Origin: Candidatus Scalindua sp.
GTDB taxonomy: Bacteria > Planctomycetota > Brocadiia > Brocadiales > Scalinduaceae
Direction: 5' to 3'
Assembly (NCBI GenBank): GCA_031316235.1
Contig: JALDRA010000001.1
Location: 1,500,001 to 1,532,000 of the forward strand
Length of the DNA stretch: 32,000 nt
Made by a program: the position numbers and the translations under genes. Of this stretch, positions 27,038 to 32,000 are shown in pieces. The notes under the pieces were generated by a model. It had not been told where the DNA came from and searched no databases. It saw nothing but the letters and a program-made list of their open reading frames with translations. Numbering within the stretch: the stretch's first letter is position 1; each line of letters starts with the position of its first letter.

Positions 27038-27574
27038 GTGAGAAGCAGATACAGGATTACAGAAAAAGAGGGGATATATTTTGTAACTTCTACAATAGTG
27101 GAATGGATACCCGTTTTTACAACACAGAAGTATTGTGACATAGTTATAGATTCGCTCAGGTTTTGTAAAGACCATAAGGGGTTAAGATTATATGCATTTG
27201 TTATCTTGGAAAATCACTTTCACCTGGTTGTATCAGCCCCTGAATTATCGGACGCATTAGCTTCATTAAAGAAGTTTACTGCAAAAGAGATAATTAATGC
27301 GTTAAAGCAAGATAATAATCGCTGGTTACTCAATCAACTTGCTTTTTTTAAAAAGAGAAACAAAATGGCAAGCGACTTTCAGGTGTGGCAGGAGGGTTTT
27401 CATCCGCAATTGATACTGAATGACAAGATGTTGATTCAAAAAGTAGAGTATATCCATCAAAATCCGGTAAGATACGGTTTAGTAGATGAGCCTGAACATT
27501 GGCGTTATAGCTCTGCTCGAAATTACCGTACTGATGATCATTCGATTATTAAAACGGATGAGTTGCCTGATTGA
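27038..27574 (+). CDS. HUH-motif Y1 transposase-like protein (IS200-like / REP-associated tyrosine transposase family)
   Basis: 178 aa with a GTG start. HUH motif in ILENHFHLVV. Conserved C-terminal VEYIHQNPVRYGLV...WRYSSARNY. It is flanked on both sides by inverted hairpin modules. Confidence 0.8.
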   Translation: MRSRYRITEKEGIYFVTSTIVEWIPVFTTQKYCDIVIDSLRFCKDHKGLRLYAFVILENHFHLVVSAPELSDALASLKKFTAKEIINALKQDNNRWLLNQLAFFKKRNKMASDFQVWQEGFHPQLILNDKMLIQKVEYIHQNPVRYGLVDEPEHWRYSSARNYRTDDHSIIKTDELPD

Positions 27575-27584
27575 TGGTTTTATC

Positions 27585-27636
27585 GAGAAACAGAGTTTCT
27601 CCGGAAATCTCGTTCCCAAACCGGAGTTTTGGAACG
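27585..27636. repeat. Right hairpin pair (inverted copy of the left pair) flanking the HUH gene
   Basis: GAGAAAC-AGA-GTTTCTC (27585-27601) is followed by CGTTCCCAAA-CCGGAG-TTTTGGAACG (27611-27636). The loop CCGGAG is the reverse complement of the left loop CTCCGG. Confidence 0.75.
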
Positions 27637-28013
27637 AGTCTTGGGCAGGCTGGAGTATTGGAGCGAGTCTTAATGTACATCAATAAATGTTGTGGAACTG
27701 AGGGAAATTTTGAAAATGAATAAGGGCTGTTAGTTTTGGGCAAACAACCCTCAGAAATGCCGACAGCTCTACTTTGTAAAGCAAAAAAACAGCGTATCAT
27801 TTTTATTAAGATTATGCAAAATATTTTATGCGTAAAAGTCAGATTTATTTTCTTCTATTTTCGCAGTAGTTTCTTTTGCAGGGAATAAAGAAGATAAAAA
27901 TCAATATATTGTGAATATTCTCTTATAATATACATTCATATTGTAAGCTTTCTATTTTAGGTTTATTTTCGCCCATTTTCGTATGCTTTATTAAAAAAGG
28001 TGGGTAAAAAATT

Positions 28014-30986
28014 ATGAAAGTAACTGATACCTCAGAAAAAGGCCTTGAGGCCATCATTTGCGATTCACTTATACATGAAGCCGGGTATGTACAGGGTGAT
28101 CCCAGCGATTTTGAACGGGAACATGCTATTGATCTTGCAAAGTTTATCGACTTTGTAAAAGATACCCAACCGGAAGCTTTCGATGCTCTTTCACTTGGTG
28201 AAGATACCCCACGCCGAACAAAATTCCTCCATCGCCTACAGGGTGAGATTGCAAAGAGAGGCATAATCGATGTCCTGAGACTTGGCGTAAGTGATGGGCC
28301 TGTCTCCCTGGACCTTTTTTTCGGTACACCTTCATTAAAAAACCCTAAGGCACAGGAACTTTATGCAAAAAACATATTCAGCGTTACCAGACAGCTCCGT
28401 TACAGCAGGAATGAGGCCCAGTTAGCGCTCGATCTGGGTATATTCATTAACGGTCTGCCTATTATGACATTTGAGTTGAAAAACAGGCTTACCAAGCAGA
28501 CAGTCCAGGATGCCGTCCAGCAGTACAGACGAGACCGTGATCCCAGGGAACTCCTCTTTCAGTTTGGCAGGTGTATGGTTCACTTTGCCGTGGACGATCA
28601 TGAAGTGCGTATGTGCACCCATCTTAAAGGAAAGGGATCGTGGTTCCTGCCCTTTAATAAAGGGTATAATGACGGTGCGGGCAATCCGCCCAATCCGATG
28701 GGGATTGCAACCGATTACCTCTGGAAAGAGGTGCTGCAAAAGGAGCGATTGACCGACATTATAGAAAACTATGCCCTGATTGTAGAAAAAAAGGATGAAA
28801 AAACAGGTAAGAAGAAACGAGAACAGATCTTCCCACGCTATCACCAGATGGACGTTGTGCGCAAACTCCTCGCAGACGCCCCCGTGAGCGGCATCGGTAG
28901 ACGATACCTGATCCAGCACTCGGCTGGGAGCGGAAAGAGTAATTCCATCACCTGGCTTGCCCACCAGCTTATCGGGCTTGAAAGTGATGGCAAATCTCTG
29001 TTTGATACCGTCATCGTTGTCACTGACCGCAAGGTACTGGATAAACAGTTGCGGGATAATATCAAACGCTTTGCTCAAGTTTCGTCCATAGTCGGCGCCG
29101 TTACTGAAGGCTCAAGTCAGCTCCGTGAGTTTCTTGAAACCGGTAAAAAAATCGTTATCACTACCGTACAGAAGTTCCCTTTTGTATTGGATGAAATCGG
29201 TGATGCGCACAGAAATCGCAAATTTACCATTATAATAGATGAGGCCCATTCCAGTCAGGGTGGAAGAACGTCTTCCAAGATGAACATTGTATTGGCTGAA
29301 ACAAGTGCAGAATTTGGAACAAGGTGTAATGAGGAGGACAAGGAAGCCGATACAGAAGACAAGATCAACAGTGTTATTGCTTCCCGAAAGATGCTCGGGA
29401 ATGCAAGCTATTTTGCCTTTACTGCGACACCGAAAAACAAGACCCTTGAAATATTCGGTGATGAATATAGAGAAGGTGACGACATTAAGCACCGGCCTTT
29501 CCATTCATACACTATGAAACAGGCCATTCAGGAAGGGTTTATCCTGGATGTGCTGCAGAACTATACACCGGTCAACAGCTATTATCGCCTTATCAAGTCT
29601 ATTGAGGATGATCCTGAGTTTGACATACGAAAGGCAAAAAAGAAGCTTCGTCGTTATGTTGAATCGCACGACTACGCTATTCGTCAGAAAGCGGAGATCA
29701 TGATAGACCATTTTCATGACAAGGTTATTGCCCGGCACAAAATCGGCGGACATGCAAGGGCAATGGTTGTGTGCAGTGGTATCGAGAGGGCTATTAAATA
29801 CTACCATGCCTTTGTTGATTACCTTAAATGGAGAAAAAGTCCTTTTGAAGCCATCATCGCCTTTTCAGGTGAACACGTGTACGCAAAGAAAAATGTTACC
29901 GAGTCATCATTGAATGGATTTCCCAGCCATGCTATACCGGACAGATTCCAGGAGGACCCATACCGTTTCCTGATTGTGGCTGATAAATTTCAAACCGGCT
30001 ATGACGAACCTCTCCTTCATACCATGTATGTCGATAAAATATTGTCGGGAATCAAGGCGGTACAAACACTCTCCCGCCTTAACCGTGCCCACCCGCTGAA
30101 GACAGACACCTTTGTACTGGATTTTGTGAACAGTACCGAGGTTGTTCAATTTGCCTTTTCTGATTACTACCGAACTACCATACTGAGTGATGAAACAGAC
30201 CCCAACAGGCTCCATGACTTAAAATCTGCCCTGGATGGCTATCAGGTGTATAATCAATTTCAGATAGATGAGCTGGTAAGATTTTTCCTTTCTGGTGAGA
30301 GCAGAGAAGTGCTTGATCCTATTCTGGATGGTTGTGTAGCGACGTATAACAGCGATCTGGATGAAGATGGACAGGTAGACTTTAAGGGTAAAGCAAAATC
30401 CTTTGTTCGTACCTATAATTTTCTTGCTGCTCTTCTTTCTTACCCGAATCCTTCATGGGAAAAACTGTCTATATTTTTGAATTTCCTGATTCCAAAATTG
30501 CCTGCCCCAAGAGAGGATGATCTATCAAAGGGAATCCTTGAAACCATTGATATGGACAGTTACCGTTCGGAAGTACAGAAAAGTCAGAGGATACAACTTG
30601 CCGATGAAGATGCGAAGATAGATCCTATTCTTATTGGAGGTGGTGGCAAAAAAGCAGAACCGGAAATGGATCATCTGAGCAATATTATCAAGGCATTCAA
30701 TGATCATTTCGGTAATATCGACTGGAAGGACACGGATAAAATCCGGAAGGTTATAGTGGAGGAATTACCGGTAAAGGTTGCTTTGGACAAGGCGTATCAG
30801 AATGCCATGAAACAGGATGATAAACAAAACGCCCGTATCGAACATGACAAAGCACTTGAGCGTGTTATCGTAGATATGCTGACAGATCAGACAGAATTAT
30901 TCAAACAATTCATGGATAATCCGAGTTTTAAAAAGTGGCTTGCTGATACGATTTTTAATGAAACATATAAAAGAAAGACAGCTTAA
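28014..30986 (+). CDS. hsdR: Type I restriction endonuclease subunit R
   Basis: 990 aa. N-terminal nuclease-like region, SF2 motor motifs QHSAGSGKS (motif I) and IIIDEAHSSQ (DEAH), and a long C-terminal helical domain. The RBS AAGGTGGG lies upstream. Confidence 0.92.
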   Translation: MKVTDTSEKGLEAIICDSLIHEAGYVQGDPSDFEREHAIDLAKFIDFVKDTQPEAFDALSLGEDTPRRTKFLHRLQGEIAKRGIIDVLRLGVSDGPVSLDLFFGTPSLKNPKAQELYAKNIFSVTRQLRYSRNEAQLALDLGIFINGLPIMTFELKNRLTKQTVQDAVQQYRRDRDPRELLFQFGRCMVHFAVDDHEVRMCTHLKGKGSWFLPFNKGYNDGAGNPPNPMGIATDYLWKEVLQKERLTDIIENYALIVEKKDEKTGKKKREQIFPRYHQMDVVRKLLADAPVSGIGRRYLIQHSAGSGKSNSITWLAHQLIGLESDGKSLFDTVIVVTDRKVLDKQLRDNIKRFAQVSSIVGAVTEGSSQLREFLETGKKIVITTVQKFPFVLDEIGDAHRNRKFTIIIDEAHSSQGGRTSSKMNIVLAETSAEFGTRCNEEDKEADTEDKINSVIASRKMLGNASYFAFTATPKNKTLEIFGDEYREGDDIKHRPFHSYTMKQAIQEGFILDVLQNYTPVNSYYRLIKSIEDDPEFDIRKAKKKLRRYVESHDYAIRQKAEIMIDHFHDKVIARHKIGGHARAMVVCSGIERAIKYYHAFVDYLKWRKSPFEAIIAFSGEHVYAKKNVTESSLNGFPSHAIPDRFQEDPYRFLIVADKFQTGYDEPLLHTMYVDKILSGIKAVQTLSRLNRAHPLKTDTFVLDFVNSTEVVQFAFSDYYRTTILSDETDPNRLHDLKSALDGYQVYNQFQIDELVRFFLSGESREVLDPILDGCVATYNSDLDEDGQVDFKGKAKSFVRTYNFLAALLSYPNPSWEKLSIFLNFLIPKLPAPREDDLSKGILETIDMDSYRSEVQKSQRIQLADEDAKIDPILIGGGGKKAEPEMDHLSNIIKAFNDHFGNIDWKDTDKIRKVIVEELPVKVALDKAYQNAMKQDDKQNARIEHDKALERVIVDMLTDQTELFKQFMDNPSFKKWLADTIFNETYKRKTA

Positions 30987-31221
30987 AAAGTAAATACTAT
31001 TGCTCCTGTGGCTGGAAGAGTCGAAGAGGGTCACCCAAACCTAATCTATTGACAAATAAACTAGCCGTTAGCCAAACAAATAGAACAAATAGGGATGGGC
31101 GGAACACGATTGGCATTCAAAACTAACATTGTGTCTGTTTCACCGCCGCACTTTCTTCAACCCCAATAAAGGGGTCAAGTCCATACTTGACTACATAATA
31201 GAAATAAAGTAAACTCTTATC

Positions 31222-32000
31222 ATGGCTCGTCCACTAAGAATAGAATATCCAGGTGCGTGGCATCACGCAATGAACAGAGGATTAAATCAGTACTCCATAT
31301 TTTTGCATGATTCTGATTATGAGCTTTTTATAACCGTAGTCAAAGAAGCATGTAAACTTTTTAATGTCTTTGTCTCCTCATATTGCTTGCTACCAAACCA
31401 TTACCATTTACTATTATGCACACCGGAAGGTAATCTTGGACGTTTTATGAGACATTTAAATGGCGTATACACGCAAAGACATAATAGAAAACACAAAAAG
31501 GATGGTCCCCTTTTTCGTGGTCGATATAAAGCCACTTTAGTACAAGAGGAAGAATATTTGACACGTGTTGTCAGATATATCCACAGGAATCCTCTAAATG
31601 CCAAAATGGTTGACAACTTGAGTAGTTACCAATGGAGTAGCCATAAAGTATATGAATGGGGAAAAAGTAAAGAAGATTGGCTCGATATTGATATCATACT
31701 TGAATGCTTTTCGAACAAAAGAAAACAAGCGGTTAAAATATACAAAAACTTTGTTGAAGAAGCAACAGATTCAGAATTGGAGAAATTTTATTCAAAACGA
31801 AATCAAAGTAGCATTCTTGGAGAAGAGGGTTTTATCAAAAACATAAAAGAGCGTTTTCTCTATTCAGACAAAGATTTGAAAGTTGAGATTAAAGAGAAAA
31901 AGGAGATCCAAAGTGAAGGTAGAATCGAAAAAATAAATAGAGAAGTGTGTAATATTTTTAGGGTAAGTGATGAAACACTTTACACAAGTACGAGAGGTGA
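31222..32000 (+). CDS. HUH-motif Y1 transposase-like protein, long form with a C-terminal extension (3' end cut by the window; absent from the ORF track)
   Basis: Hand translation from ATG 31222 is open to the window end: MARPLRIEYPGAWHHAMNRG...SYCLLPNHYHLLLCTPEGNLGRFMRHLNGVYTQRHN...YIHRNPLNAKMV...YQWSSH... The tail IEKINREVCNIFRVSDETLYTSTRG resembles the DnaA C-terminal-like HTH seen in long members of this family. Confidence 0.8.
   Translation, partial: MARPLRIEYPGAWHHAMNRGLNQYSIFLHDSDYELFITVVKEACKLFNVFVSSYCLLPNHYHLLLCTPEGNLGRFMRHLNGVYTQRHNRKHKKDGPLFRGRYKATLVQEEEYLTRVVRYIHRNPLNAKMVDNLSSYQWSSHKVYEWGKSKEDWLDIDIILECFSNKRKQAVKIYKNFVEEATDSELEKFYSKRNQSSILGEEGFIKNIKERFLYSDKDLKVEIKEKKEIQSEGRIEKINREVCNIFRVSDETLYTSTRG

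Noticed and set aside
28422-29078. 218-aa minus-strand ORF inside hsdR, and similar antisense ORFs within hsdR, hsdM, the 943-2817 rSAM gene and the bEBP gene
   Set aside because: They are antisense to long ORFs with clear catalytic motifs. They contain no motifs of their own and have odd composition.

Overview
Bacterial chromosomal window, about 40% GC by eye. I found no rRNA, tRNA or CRISPR array. All family calls come from reading motifs in the translations, not from searches. The left third is mostly housekeeping and regulation: a RodA-like SEDS gene cut by the window edge, a large B12/radical-SAM protein, two small ORFs coupled to a sigma54-dependent response regulator, a glutamate formimidoyltransferase and rarA. 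The most interesting region is 7.8-14.2 kb. It is a single-direction minus-strand operon encoding a small precursor-like ORF, an HprK-like kinase, a radical-SAM/SPASM enzyme, a PqqD-type RRE, a transglutaminase-like (lasso B2-type) peptidase, a PF14907-like nucleotidyltransferase and an FAD/NAD oxidoreductase. It has no lasso cyclase. The candidate precursor matches the canonical lasso leader motif position for position, but its predicted core is only 8 residues (GFFGTFTP) with no Asp/Glu and no Cys. I read this as a candidate undescribed RiPP pathway. The right half is accessory: a HAD phosphatase, a rubredoxin coupled to an MDR dehydrogenase, hicAB, an Fe-ADH, a frameshifted DUF4338::ISAs1 transposase, and a type I R-M locus. 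In that locus hsdM-hsdS is separated from hsdR by decayed cargo (a DUF1016 fragment and a truncated AlbA_2 gene) and by an HUH (IS200/RAYT-like) gene flanked by inverted hairpin modules. Two more HUH paralogues are present: one is a remnant, and one runs off the window and is missing from the ORF track. A hairpin-rich repeat of about 165 bp occurs in 3-4 copies, one of them inside the RiPP-like operon.
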